In this document: piece by piece, positions 26,101-36,952 of the stretch | How the letters are laid out: every line of letters starts with the position of its first letter | Position numbering within the stretch: position 1 is the first letter of the stretch | Notes under the pieces: generated by a model | The model's database searches: none | What the model was told of the DNA's origin: nothing | The model's input: the letters and a program-made list of their open reading frames with translations, nothing else | Translations under genes and position numbers: made by a program | DNA from: Amoebophrya sp. A120 | Taxonomy: Eukaryota > Protista > Dinoflagellata | Direction: 5' to 3' | NCBI GenBank assembly: GCA_905178155.1 | Contig: CAJINV010000004.1 | Coordinates: 8,988,417 to 9,052,416, forward strand | Length of the DNA stretch: 64,000 bases

Positions 26101-29100
26101 GGCGGGGAGTTTCCTTTCATCTACGTCTCGCAGAAGTAGTGCTTTTTTGGAAGATGACAGCGTATGCATTGCAAATATGTCTCGGTCTGGAAAGTTGCAA
26201 CTTGTAATGCTAATTCTGGATCGTGAAAAAATCTGTGTTGCATGAATGCCGAAAGTTGTCCGCTTTTGACCAAGTCGAGAGGAAGTGTCTCATGCAGGAT
26301 AGGCATGACAGGGATCTCACAGAATCTGTCATGCTAGGTCCTGCATTCCAGACGACACGAATCATGGCAAATCTGCATCACAAGTTTCGGAATCTTCCAG
26401 ACCCAGACATATTTGCATTTGATACAGCGGGATGTTGAACAAAATCGCGCTGAACGTGTTTTACTACGTGGAGAACCCGGACGACAAAAACTCGCTATGA
26501 CCTGCTCAAACGTTACAACCTCAAACGTTACAATAGAATTTGGGTTTTGTATTGCATGATGAGCATGACAGACTCGGACAGCATTTCCCTTTCTGCAATA
26601 CAAATTTCGCCAGATTGTAGTGCGGATTGGCACTCCAGAACTTGTCATGCGCAATCCTAGGAGAGTTGGCTAGGTCAGTGTTTGCTGTCCCCCGGGCTGA
26701 GGTCACTGTTGTGGGTTTCTGGCGACTTGTGTGGTGCAGGAAATTTTGCCACCACCACTGTCTGGGCCCCGTCTGTTCTGAGGCTGTGCAGGTCGGGTTA
26801 CCTGGTCGGGTTGGTTGTCGGGTCGATTCTCTCTATGCCCCTGCCCCTTGATGCCTGCCACTGGGCGGATTGGGAGCGTTTTCACGGCGTCAGCCCGTTT
26901 CTAAGAGCTGAAACTATATGACGCGTGCTGTCTGCTCTTAGACATTATGGGGAGGATTCCTCTTCTCTGTTCCCCCCAGGGCATTGCCTCATCGTTGGCG
27001 CTATCGTGTGACAGCTCTTAGTTGCCGTGGTGCTTTCGGTGGGATGGACGTCCGGTGTTGCTTCGACACTCTTGTGTTGTTGCATTTGTGAATGCGAGGG
27101 CAGTGGTGGACTGAGGTTGCTGGAGTCCTCCGTAAGGACGGCTCCAAGTTAATTTCTGACTACTCCGCTTCCTTGTGCCTCTGCTTTAGTACTATTTTTA
27201 GTGCTTTAGCTAATAGGCGTCCCCCTCGAATCTCACCTCCAGGACTTCGGGGACCCCACTTTTCCAAGGTTCTTGGTTGTGGATGGTTCCTCGAGGTCTT
27301 TGTGTCGTCTGGGTATTCTTTGGTGCACTTCTTGCAACACAAATTCCAGATTCTATTGCAACGTTTGAGATTGTAACACCTGAGCAGGTTATCCTCGCGG
27401 AAGCACTTTCTGAAGTCCTTTCCCTTGAACCTCGAGACCTGGCTGCTGCACCTCCGGTCGAGCAGAGTGGAGCCGCGGGTGTATTGAGAGGAAAAATCCC
27501 CCCTCCCCATATTGAAAAGGTATGGCTCCGGAAATTTGTGTTGCTGATTTGAGGTCACAAATCACGTCTGTCTTGCAAGAAGACAAGGGCAGAAGCTTCC
27601 GCCATATTATGGAAGCGGTTTGTCATGCCGTTGGGCCTAAAGGGAGGCCGTTTGCCATGCTGAGCAACTAGACCCATACGCCCCCAGCTAGCCTGCGGAT
27701 CTGGCCGCCATGCCTTTCTGCAACACAAATCTGATTTGTGTATCCAAATCCAGCATCAGAAATTTCGTTTTGATATGGGGAGGGGGGATTTTTCCTTTTG
27801 ATAGGGTGATTCAAGTAACCGATGCGACAGTGCGGACGTGGATCCCCGATGTACTATCCAAGAAAAAAAGTGTGCAAGTGTAACTCTGTAGGAAGAGCAG
27901 CATCACAGATTTGTTTTGCATTACAGAAAAACCTGTCATGCCTGGCTAGTACTGGTGAAAATACGCACGCAGCATGGCTATCAGATGCACTTGCAGCATG
28001 ACAAGTGTAACGGTCTTGCGTTTTTTGCATCACAAATATACTCTCACACAGCTTTTTTCTTGCATATGTACCCGAGCAGTTTTACCGATTGCCATATAGC
28101 CAAGCAAAGTCGGATTTTGTCCGCTACGCGCTCCTGTATTACCATGGGGGGATCTACCTGGACGGGGACTTCATCGTGCAACGGGATTTGCACGAGAACA
28201 TCTTGGAAGCCCTGTCCGGAGCAACGACATTTGGTGGCGTCGCAGGAATAAACAGCGGAGGTGGAAATCAAATTCAAAATACCAGAAAACAGTCGTTCTT
28301 TCCCATCGAGCTGTTGTCCTACAACTCCGCCGGGCAGAACTGCAAGGGGATGAGGCCGCCGAATTTCAAGCCGACCTTTTCTTTATGAACTGCAAAAGTA
28401 TCGTACTCGTATAAATACATGACAAATTCCCTCAGCATGAAAAAAAAATTTGTAATGCGGGTTTACCTTGAGAAAAAAACTTGTGATGCACGATTGCAAT
28501 ACGAGTACAGCACGATACTTTTGCACAGGATATTCTTCCAATTTTCTTGGTGCGACGAAGGGGAGTTTGTACATGATATCAAATGGAAAAATGTCTGGGT
28601 CTGGAAGAGGAGAAGTTTTTCATGCACATTTTCCATGATCCATGATGTCTCTGTTGTATGCAATAGCATCACAGATTTTTTGAGCGCCTATCGATGCGCG
28701 TCCTGCATGACAAATGCCTTCTCCGCGTAGCCACATTTGACTCCTCTTGCTGCTCATGCAATACAGATTTTTTGAGCATCCAAATGCAGCATCACAAGTT
28801 TGGCTCTTCCAGACCCAGACATATTTGCAATCCATACATGAAACGGGTCTACGACCTGCAGAAGCAAACGCTGACAACCCCCTGCGAAACCCCGGAAAAA
28901 AACGTGTGCTGCTCCGGCCTAGATCGGAAGAAGCAGTGCCACATCGGTTGGGGCGGGCTGGGCGAGGGAATCTCCACCGGCGGGGAGATCGCGTTAGCTG
29001 CGGCTGATCAGGAAGTTTTGGAACAGTCGGGGGTGGGAAAGGAGATTCGGGAAAACCCGCTGGGGCTCATCTATAGAAAAGACAAGACGAGTGCTGATCC

Positions 29101-31151
29101 TGACGGGAGTAGTAGTGCCACGACCGGCCTGGTGAAGATATCGAGTTCCACAACTTCCACTTCAAGTACACTTTCGCGAAATAGTCCGGTCACCAACGGT
29201 ATACAGCAATTTCTAACGACGACTACCGGGATGCCGGGTAGACGTAGCAGCTCTAGCGGTGCAATAAATTACCGAGAGGTTTATGATAGTGACCAAACAG
29301 CAATATCGGAGAATGAAGATTCCGAAATGCAGTTCAAAATCCAGGGCATTGTCGCCTGTTTCCAAAACGAGACAGAATTCGCCGCGTTGAACCCGCAGTT
29401 GCTCGGCGGTAACATGTATCAAGTGCAAAAATTTCTGGGTCTGGAAACTTGTAATACTGCGTTGGGAATAGTGAATGCCCTGCAATGCACAGCCAAGCAT
29501 GAGAAGTATCTGCGCTTCTTTGTGTTGCGTCTTTCGCATGACAAACTGCGGTTTTGCATGAAGGGCAAGAAAAGGGTCTCTTCTTGGACACGCATCACAA
29601 ACTTTTTGGTCATGCCAGAAAAGCATGACAAATCTCGCAATCTTCCAGACCCAGACACTTTTTCATTTGATAACATGACGGATGAAAACAGTGAGGAACG
29701 AATCGCCTTTTTCCGAGACGTGCACGCGACGGTTAAGTCCGAGCAAGAGGTGCGGAACGCGCTAGGCCGGACCGCGTACCACATGTTCGCCTCCAACGGC
29801 CTGCCGGAGTGGCTATTGTGAGGAAAAATCCCCCCTCCCCATACCAAAAAGGGGCACTACTGAAAATTTGTGATGCTGATTTGTGACCGCAAATCGTCCC
29901 TGTATTGCAAGAGGGCAAAGCCAGAGAATCGGCCGCGTTGCCCAAGCACTTTGTAATGTTGTATCGCCTACAGATGATATGCCTGCCTTGCTAGGTGCCT
30001 ACAGCAAAACGCCCCTACTCAGGGGCTGCATCTGCCTGCAGTCCTCGACTGCTAGACAGATTGGATTTGTGTACACAAATCCCGCATCACAGATTTCGGC
30101 TTTGATATGGGGAGGGGGGATTTTTCACTTTGATAGTGGCACGAGAAAAGTTGCGAGGCGTTCGCTACGGACCATTCCACGGTGTTGGGAAAGATCTACA
30201 GCTCGGCACTGATGCTGCAACAAGAAGACCACGGCGAGGAAACAACATCAAGTCGAAATAATGCCACTGCCAGCACGACGACGACTTTGTCCAAAATCTG
30301 CACTAGAGACGTGATGTCTGAAGCCGTGGTTGCAAAGTCGGTTACGCTGCACCCGGAAATGTCTTTCCCATTGGTGCAGAAGATGCCGGACGAGGAGGCG
30401 GAAAACAAGCAGGGGTCCTCGGAAGTAGGAGCAGGTCATACTACTGCTCCTGCACACAGTGTCGCCGCGTTTGTGGAAGTGGTCGTGGGTGGGCAAGAAG
30501 ATGAGGAGGAAATGACAACAGATAGTCCTCTATCCCACGAAAAAACTGTTTCACTGTGAACTTGTGATGCATAGAATGGAAAACAGAACTATTTGTCTTG
30601 CTACGCCTGCAAGGCATTGGGTTCTTAAGCGTGTTTTCCCTTTGAAAGCGCGCACGGCAAATTTTCTGTGTCATGTGTAGCAAACTTGTGATGCGGATCT
30701 TGCAAGACCATCACAGTGAAACGGTTTTTTCGTGGGATATCCTCGTGCGCGACAGAACAGTGGAGAAATCGAGACTGATCTTCATACTGCATCTCTGCCT
30801 GCTCCTTCTGCTGCAGCTCCCCCTGCTGCAGCTTCTACCGATGAACCGCAACCGCAGATCAAGATCATGCACCAAAAGTCAATAACGATAACCCCGGCCG
30901 AGACAAGTTTTCTACAAGAGAAAGTGAAAAGCACCGCGCCGGAACTGGAAGTAGGACCGCGGCCAGCATCCGGACCAGACACGACGGAGAAACCGCGTCT
31001 CCTCCGACGGGCGCTGGACGTGGCGGAGGACGTGGATGGCTTATTTTTCGAGGGTAGTACGAAGATGACATCATCGTCCCGTCAATCCGAGAGAATAAAG
31101 TCGATTGACCGTGCTGGCAGCGAGCAGGAGGGGACGGAACTGTTGGATTGA
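20182..31151 (+). CDS. Multidomain glycosyltransferase (~2074 aa): signal peptide, GT34-like, GT8-like and GT32-like domains; 18 exons
   Basis: Removing 17 introners (+5 nt each) gives 6225 nt in one frame. Motifs: HVFTLDADAAF...GVNNGLLF...NDQ (GT34/MNN10-like); DFIRLNAFSETDYDAVVYYDRD...INVGFFAMKP (GT8/glycogenin-like); KSDFVRYALLYYHGGIYLDGD (GT32/Och1-like). Confidence 0.8.
21061..21212. mobile_element. Introner, family B
   Basis: Family B TIRs; repeat GGTTC. Confidence 0.92.
21720..21967. mobile_element. Introner, family I (degenerate repeat)
   Basis: Body homologous to 18801-19039; flanks AGATC/ATACA; removal of element +5 nt gives FFRDLFAAHQ in frame. Confidence 0.8.
22563..22814. mobile_element. 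Introner, family E
   Basis: Family E TIRs, opposite orientation to 5838; repeat TTCGA. Confidence 0.9.
23165..23416. mobile_element. Introner, family A
   Basis: Repeat CCCCG. Confidence 0.9.
23632..23784. mobile_element. Introner, family B (ends ...ACA)
   Basis: Repeat CGGAA; join NTTEWIDL. Confidence 0.9.
24030..24280. mobile_element. Introner, family A
   Basis: Repeat CGGTG; body close to 6294 and 50562 copies. Confidence 0.9.
24351..24499. mobile_element. Introner, family B
   Basis: Repeat CTCAA. Confidence 0.92.
24542..24854. mobile_element. Introner, family H
   Basis: TIR TATGGGAGTGTCAGGATCGAAAT; repeat TCTAC; splits the VVYYDRD motif. Confidence 0.9.
26163..26424. mobile_element. 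Introner, family A
   Basis: Repeat CAGCG. Confidence 0.9.
26496..27393. mobile_element. Introner, family E, with ~640-bp internal insertion
   Basis: Family E TIRs (right end ...ATC); repeat CTCGC; subtracting the insertion gives ~253 bp, the family length. Confidence 0.88.
27482..27803. mobile_element. Introner, family D
   Basis: Repeat GGGTG. Confidence 0.9.
27855..28066. mobile_element. Introner, family J (G-like ends)
   Basis: TATCCAAGAAAAAAAGTGTG...CACAGCTTTTTTCTTGCATA; repeat TGTAC. Confidence 0.88.
28384..28532. mobile_element. Introner, family B
   Basis: Repeat TTCTT. Confidence 0.9.
28577..28836. mobile_element. Introner, family A
   Basis: Repeat CATGA. Confidence 0.9.
29417..29672. 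mobile_element. Introner, family A (stop-free, frame-preserving)
   Basis: Repeat ACATG; 256+5=261 nt; read through by ORF 28694-29821. Confidence 0.9.
29814..30135. mobile_element. Introner, family D
   Basis: Repeat GTGGC. Confidence 0.9.
30531..30739. mobile_element. Introner, family G
   Basis: TIR TATCCCACGAAAAAACTGTTTCACTGTGA; repeat TCCTC. Confidence 0.92.
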
Positions 31152-31454
31152 AGTGGTGGTGAAGTAGAAAATAGAACTCCCTTGTCGTTCTAGTTCTTTC
31201 CACCTGTAGGATTTAATATGATGCGTTTCGATTTGGTTTTGGATTTAAAAGAGTGAGAGACAGGAGCAGCGGCGCGCCGAACGCTGGCGGACGAAGATAG
31301 TCAACTAAAGAATAACAGAAATTGATTCGGAACCAACTTCTACGAAGCTTATTCAGATGAATTTCTCTTTGAACAAGTAGTACTTAAGCGAACCAATAAC
31401 GTCCAAAGATCGTAGTTCCGTGTGTGTTGATGAGTTGCATCCTCCCTTACGCTA

Positions 31455-32776
31455 GTGGTCAACATGTCCTCGAAGAGAACTACAGGCCATGAGAAAGATA
31501 CGTGCGCTGGGCGCTCCTGCCGCCAACCAGGTACCTTAGCTAATACATTTAGGTCATCACATTCTAGGTTACGCAGTCAGCACGCGGGCGCGCAACCTCG
31601 TGAGGACCGGGATGGGGGGACCACCATCTGTGGCCCCATCTTTGTACAAAAGGCTCCGACAACAATCGGAGCCTGTCCGTGACCAAGCCCAAGCGGTGGT
31701 CAGCGAGAGCGAGCGGGGAGGCGGCCACCCTCCCGCGGCCGCCACGCGCGCGCCCGCCAAAGCCACGTACCGCAATCCCGGCTTTCCTCACTGCCGATTT
31801 CACAACACTGCCGTGGCGGGCGGTGAAGCAGCTCGCACTCATGATGCAGCTGGGCACGCGCATGGACACAAACTGCGCCATTCTGCCGGAGGACCTCCGC
31901 TACGAGCCCGGCCGCCTGCTGGTCTATATTCGCAAGGACAAGGTGCGTAGCATGGAGAAGCGCACTGTGGCCATCGGTTGCAACTGTGCGCAGGAGGGTA
32001 GCAACGTCGACCGGCAGTGGTGCCTCCTCCACAACGACGCGCTGCGACCGGTGCCCCTGCCCATTCTGCTGAGCGAGTGGGGCGACGGGCATGGCAACGC
32101 AAAGCAGAAGAAGTTCCTTCAGCTCATGGGCTGGACGCAGCAGAGCTTCCGCCGCTACCAAGCGCTTGCAGCCCGGCACTACATTGAAAGGCGAATGCTG
32201 ACCTTCGACCTGACCGGCTGGATGCGGGGCCGGGGCTGGGGCAAGCTCAGCACCTTCCTGCGGTACTCCGGTGACTTCAGCACCTGGAAACATTACTTTG
32301 CGGACCGCGCGAAGTGCATGCCGGTGTTCGGCGCCATCCGGCCGCATGCCGTTGCATTGGCGAAGCAGCTGGCCGCCGACCTGCGGTTTTCCGGCGACGT
32401 CGTCTTCAAGGATGCAGCAGGCGGGAGCGATCAGGAGTACAGCGGGTCGGAAGGTGAGCCGGGGAAGCCGGCGAAGCAGGCACAGGAGGGGCGAAAGCGC
32501 AGCAGTGTGTTGTGCGAGGAAGCGCTGGACCCAGTGGAAGACGAGCCGTTCTTCAGCAAGCGCGGGAAGTCAGCGGTGCCGAAGCCGCACTACCTTAGAG
32601 TGCCGCATGGATTGCCGCCAGGAGTTGCGCCAGCCCTCCAGTTGGCAAGCGCGCCAGCACCCTCCACGTCCCGGCCCATGAAGACCAAGGCCGCGACGCA
32701 CAGCAGCAGCTCCACCGCTGGAGCCAAACCCGTGGTCAACATGTCCTCGAACAGAACTACAGGCCATGAGAAAGAT
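31455..32776 (+). repeat. 45-bp direct repeat pair (31455-31499 and 32732-32776) bracketing the recombinase core
   Basis: GTGGTCAACATGTCCTCGAA(G/C)AGAACTACAGGCCATGAGAAAGAT, one mismatch. Confidence 0.85.
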
Positions 32777-32881
32777 GAAGTGAAGCTGAGTGCCGGGCGG
32801 TCCTCCTCCTCGTCCGCAGTCGTTATGAGTGTGACGCAGTTTGTTCTTTTGTGTAGAGCTAGAGCCAGACATTACACTTAG
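31679..32881 (+). CDS. Tyrosine recombinase-like protein (DIRS/Crypton type); true start uncertain
   Basis: Ordered motifs LGTR (Arg I), IRKDK (Lys), IGCNC...WCLLH (Cys/His cluster as in DIRS-type YR), QSFRR (HxxR with H to Q), RGWGKLSTFLRY (Trp, catalytic Tyr). Confidence 0.7.
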   Translation: MTKPKRWSARASGEAATLPRPPRARPPKPRTAIPAFLTADFTTLPWRAVKQLALMMQLGTRMDTNCAILPEDLRYEPGRLLVYIRKDKVRSMEKRTVAIGCNCAQEGSNVDRQWCLLHNDALRPVPLPILLSEWGDGHGNAKQKKFLQLMGWTQQSFRRYQALAARHYIERRMLTFDLTGWMRGRGWGKLSTFLRYSGDFSTWKHYFADRAKCMPVFGAIRPHAVALAKQLAADLRFSGDVVFKDAAGGSDQEYSGSEGEPGKPAKQAQEGRKRSSVLCEEALDPVEDEPFFSKRGKSAVPKPHYLRVPHGLPPGVAPALQLASAPAPSTSRPMKTKAATHSSSSTAGAKPVVNMSSNRTTGHEKDEVKLSAGRSSSSSAVVMSVTQFVLLCRARARHYT

Positions 32882-33912
32882 AAAACACGAAACAAGAACA
32901 TGCAGCAGGCACAGTCGTTGACGCGGCCCTCAACACTGCCGGCAATTGTGATTGTATCAACTGTGATTTTCAAGCCACCTAGTAAGTAGCGGGAGCACGT
33001 AACTGCCCCAGTGGGACCGGGAAGATAGCGCGCGTCTAGCAGACTGGCCTTGGGCCTGCTGTCGACGGCTAGACGAAGCGGCGGATCCCCGCTGGGTGGC
33101 AGTGATGTTGATGTGAGGTTTGCTGCGAGATGAGATCAGAGAAGGCTCGTAGTTAGAAATAGCTTCGGTCTGGGCGAGTGAAACGTTATCCAGAATGTGC
33201 CCCTAAGACCCTAGCGAGAATTTTCTTACCGTGACTCCCCTCGGGATTGAGAACGTTAGCCCAGGGTAGAGTCTCGCGCTGCACTAAGTATAGTAGTGCC
33301 GTGGCCCTCCTTATATGAATATAGTGCCCGCTCGTGTAGTTAGTATTCCGCGTATCGCCCTCCCATAATTTAGGTTTTGTATGAAAGTAGCGACACCTGT
33401 GCGGATCAGGTGCAGTAGAGATGCTCGGCACGTAGCGCGACCGGGGGAGGTAGTTTGGTTAGTTTACTAGTAAGGTGAAAGGTGCAATAATTAATCGACT
33501 CTCAGTTTTTTAAGATGTAAAAAACCTCACAGCTCGCAGTTCTGAAAAACAGAAAAGTAAAAGAAAAGAAGCCGTGGAAAAAGTTCCTTATGAACTTGGG
33601 CAAAAAAACGTAGCTTAAGCAGCAGGAGTTTGTATGCGCTGCACCCAGCCCCGCCGAGTTACATAATCGCCCCAGAGGGTTAAGGAAAAGGCTAGCTTCG
33701 TCCACTAGTTGTAGGAAACTGATACAAATAGGTAGCTTAGTGGGCATGTGCTCCTGCCCGGATTGGCGTCCACACTGGCATTTGGTAGTCGCGTGCCCGT
33801 GGTGCATAGCGTTGCGTCGTTCCCTGCCCCGGTCTAGTGAGCCACATGCGAAGAGGCCACCGCCAACCACCACCCCCCGAAGTGAAGTGAAAACAATTTG
33901 AATTTGAATTTG

Positions 33913-35066
33913 AACATCATGTGTATCTTTACCCCCGCCGACTTCTACCGGTCGGCCGCCTACGGCTGACCCAGTCAAATTCAGTATCAGTTGACCCACA
34001 GTTCAGGCACCCTGTAGAGCGCAGAAGTAGTGCTGTTTTTCCCACATCTCTGTCTCGGTTTTTCGCACTTTTGATCGCCTTCTGCGCGATTGATCTTACG
34101 ACGGTATGAGGTGACCCCGAATTGCGCACAGCTCTCTACGATTTAACTGTCTGCCCGTCTCTGATATAGAATAATCAACGCCGTACCGTCCTAAATGCAC
34201 AGCCACAAGTTTTGTCTGTCTTAGTTTTATTTCGCAGTCTTCAATCGTGTAGTAGTTCAAAAATGTCGACTGCGTCAGCCTCGTCTACAACTAGCGAACA
34301 GCTCCAGAAGGAGCGACACCGCCGGGAGTTAGTTAATGTCTTTCGGAACTGCTCGTGGTTTGACGAGCGGTACATCCTGGCTTACCAGGCGACCGCGCTT
34401 CCTCTGACTAAGAGGCAGAAGACGTCCCTGCACCAGCTCCAGCAGCTGGAGCTGGATAGAACAAGAGCGCAAAGAATAGGTAACGCCCTAACTACAATTT
34501 TATTACTGGGCCTGTGGTTTCCTGCAGAGCAGTGCGGCAGATGCCTCTGCGCGGTCCCTGGCTGGTCGGGGGCCGTTCACGGCGTCAACACAGCCCGACC
34601 GCCCTGTAGCCGGGGCTCGTGATACGGCACTTACCGTTAGCGCGCGCCCGACGCCCAGCTGCACAACTCCCCCCGGGCTCAGTTGCGCCGCGTTTTTAGG
34701 TGGTCGACGCACTCGGCGATAGGGTAAGTCATGCGGCGACCGGGGAATATACCAAATCACCTCGTGCGCACGCACGTCACACCCAAAAACAGCTTCCCGC
34801 GAGGAAATTTCGAAACTTTAGGGTGCTGCCACGCGCAGCGCAAATCGCGGGAAAGCAGCTTTGCGCGACCCGCAAGTGCGGGGTCTGTGTTCGCGCGATG
34901 AGCGCCGTTGTGCCTGATCTCAGCGCGAGGTCATCGACCACGTGCACACTGATTCGTAAGTCAGCTCGTACGAACATCTATTTCTTCTCCTTATCGATCT
35001 GTAGCAAAAATTAACATCATGTGTATCTTTACCCCCGCGGACTTCTACCGGTCAGCCGCCTACGGC
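33913..35066 (+). repeat. 54-bp direct repeat pair (33913-33966 and 35013-35066) duplicating the start of the next gene
   Basis: AACATCATGTGTATCTTTACCCCCGC(C/G)GACTTCTACCGGTC(G/A)GCCGCCTACGGC, period 1100 bp. Confidence 0.85.
34263..34622 (+). CDS. Hypothetical small protein or gene fragment between the 54-bp repeats
   Basis: AAAATG start context; MSTASASSTTSEQLQKERHRRELVNVFRNCSWFDERYIL... looks coding; 3' end unclear. Confidence 0.3.
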   Translation: MSTASASSTTSEQLQKERHRRELVNVFRNCSWFDERYILAYQATALPLTKRQKTSLHQLQQLELDRTRAQRIGNALTTILLLGLWFPAEQCGRCLCAVPGWSGAVHGVNTARPPCSRGS

Positions 35067-36952
35067 AGCATTGGCTTCGCCCTTTTCGCCGGCGCGCAAT
35101 CCCAAGCTGTTGGGTATAGTGAGGCGGTTATGAAGTGCAAAAGTATCGTACTCGTATGAATGCATTACAAATTTCCTCAGCATGAGAAATCAAATTTGTA
35201 ATGCAGATTTGCCTTGGGAACAAGATTTGTAATGCAAGAGTTGCATTTATACGAGTGCGATACTCTTACTGAGGATAGCGGTGACCGGGAACACAAATTG
35301 CGCCTATCAACTGCAAAAATGTCTGATTCTGGAAAGTTGTGATGCTAATGTCCGAATGATACCCAACTACCTCTATTAGGGAGCCGCGCATGACAAGTTT
35401 CTGAGCGGCTATGTCTAGCGTGAACCGCATGACAAATGGCCTTTTGGCATGACAAACAGGTGGCACTGTAGCGCACCAAGCATGACAGACCTTTCTGTCT
35501 TGTCGGCCAAGCATGACAGACTTGCATTCTTCCAGACCCAGACATATTTGCAATACATAGCGCCACTGCGCACACGATTCTGTCCGGCATGGCGGTGCCG
35601 GCGTTGATTCTGGGCTACATGTGCTACCACGTGTCCGTTTCGCTCGATGCGGTACTAAAAATGTCCTACGGGGACATGATCACGAGTCAGTCGGCCTACT
35701 TTACGAAAATGAACGCGAAGGCGGCGATCGTGAAGTCTTATCCACGGATCATCAAGATTCTGTTCGTCACGATGACCCTGATGACCTTTTTGTTCGTGGT
35801 CATCGGCTTTCAGAACTGCGGCAACGCCGGCGAGTGCTACAACTCCGCGACTGGGGAAGGGTCGGAAACTGCGCCGATGCCGACGTGGCTGGTGGCGCTG
35901 GACGGGTGTGCCATTCCAGGATCGTATCCTGAGTAAAAACGTACCCACACCAGAGTTGTAATGCAAATCTGCATGCTGAAAATGTTTCTCATGCGGAGCC
36001 CCATGAGAAGCATTTTCTAGTCGTGTTTTGCAATTTGTCATGCTCCAATCAGAGTGGTATGCTAGATCTGTGATGCTGCTGAGCTAGCTCAAACAGCACT
36101 ACACTACGAATCCAAATTTGTCATGCAAAACAGCCAAAACTTGTGGATTTGTCTAGCCGATTCCCCATCTTGACCACGTTGTGGGTACGTTTTTACTCAG
36201 GATAGATCGGGCAACATGTTTTACATGGACATGTTTATCGCCGCGTCTTTATCCTGAGTAAAAACGTACCCACACCAGAGTCAGGATGGGGATTTTGCAA
36301 CACAAACCTAGGAGTTTTGTGAGTCACGCATGACAAGTTGCACTCTGTAGTGTGGTGCAGGTTAGCAAGTGCAGCCGCGTCACAGATTCATCTGCTCATC
36401 CTGTTCACAGCATCACAAATTCCAAAACACGGCTGGAAATGGCTCTCATGCGGATGCGCATTACAAGTCTTCCTGTCTTCGCAAATCTGCATTACAACTC
36501 TGGCGTGGGTACGTTTTTACTCAGGATAGTCTTTCTGCTTCTGGCTGATGATGAGCGGACGGCGATCGAGGCAAGAGCAAGTGATGCCACCGCATTTGTA
36601 TTATCCCCCGCCGTATCAACTGCAAAAGTGTCTGGGTCTGGAACATTGCTAGGTTTGTCATGCATCTTCTGGATCACCGACAACTGGTCCCTAATGTACG
36701 CAAAAGCATTTTTACAGGTTTTGCGCAGGCTTCCTGATGTCTAAACCGCATTAGAAATTCCCTATTTGCGTAGCAAGAACTGGGAAGCTTTGGGTGCTTA
36801 TGCAACACAAATTTTTGCATTTGCCTGTTCCAGAAATCGCATTACAAGGTCTAATTCTTGCAGACCCAGACATTTTTGCAATCCATACGCCGTCCGGGGG
36901 CGGTTTCGATGTTGCAAACTCGGTCGGATTCCTGGACACGCTTGCACCTTGA
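35019..36952 (+). CDS. Multi-pass membrane protein, 223 aa, 6 exons, unknown family
   Basis: Removing five introners gives 672 nt in frame: MCIFTPADFYRSAAYGSIGFALF...AVPALILGYMCYHV...IIKILFVTMTLMTFLFVVIGF...MFIAASFCFWLMM...LDTLAP*. Confidence 0.8.
35129..35277. mobile_element. Introner, family B
   Basis: Repeat GCGGT. Confidence 0.9.
35305..35559. mobile_element. Introner, family A
   Basis: Repeat GCGCC. Confidence 0.9.
35925..36204. mobile_element. Introner, family C
   Basis: TIR TATCCTGAGTAAAAACGTACCCACA; repeat GATCG. Confidence 0.92.
36250..36528. mobile_element. Introner, family C (opposite orientation to 35925)
   Basis: Repeat GTCTT. Confidence 0.92.
36614..36887. mobile_element. 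Introner, family A
   Basis: Repeat CGCCG. Confidence 0.9.

Noticed and set aside
31679-32881. Tyrosine recombinase as the mobiliser of the introners
   Set aside because: TIRs plus variable 5-bp duplications are DDE hallmarks; YRs do not make such duplications, and no TAT...ATA TIRs flank this ORF.
33186-33999. Minus-strand ORFs next to the recombinase as RT/gag of a DIRS element
   Set aside because: No RT, RNase H or zinc-knuckle motif recognisable.
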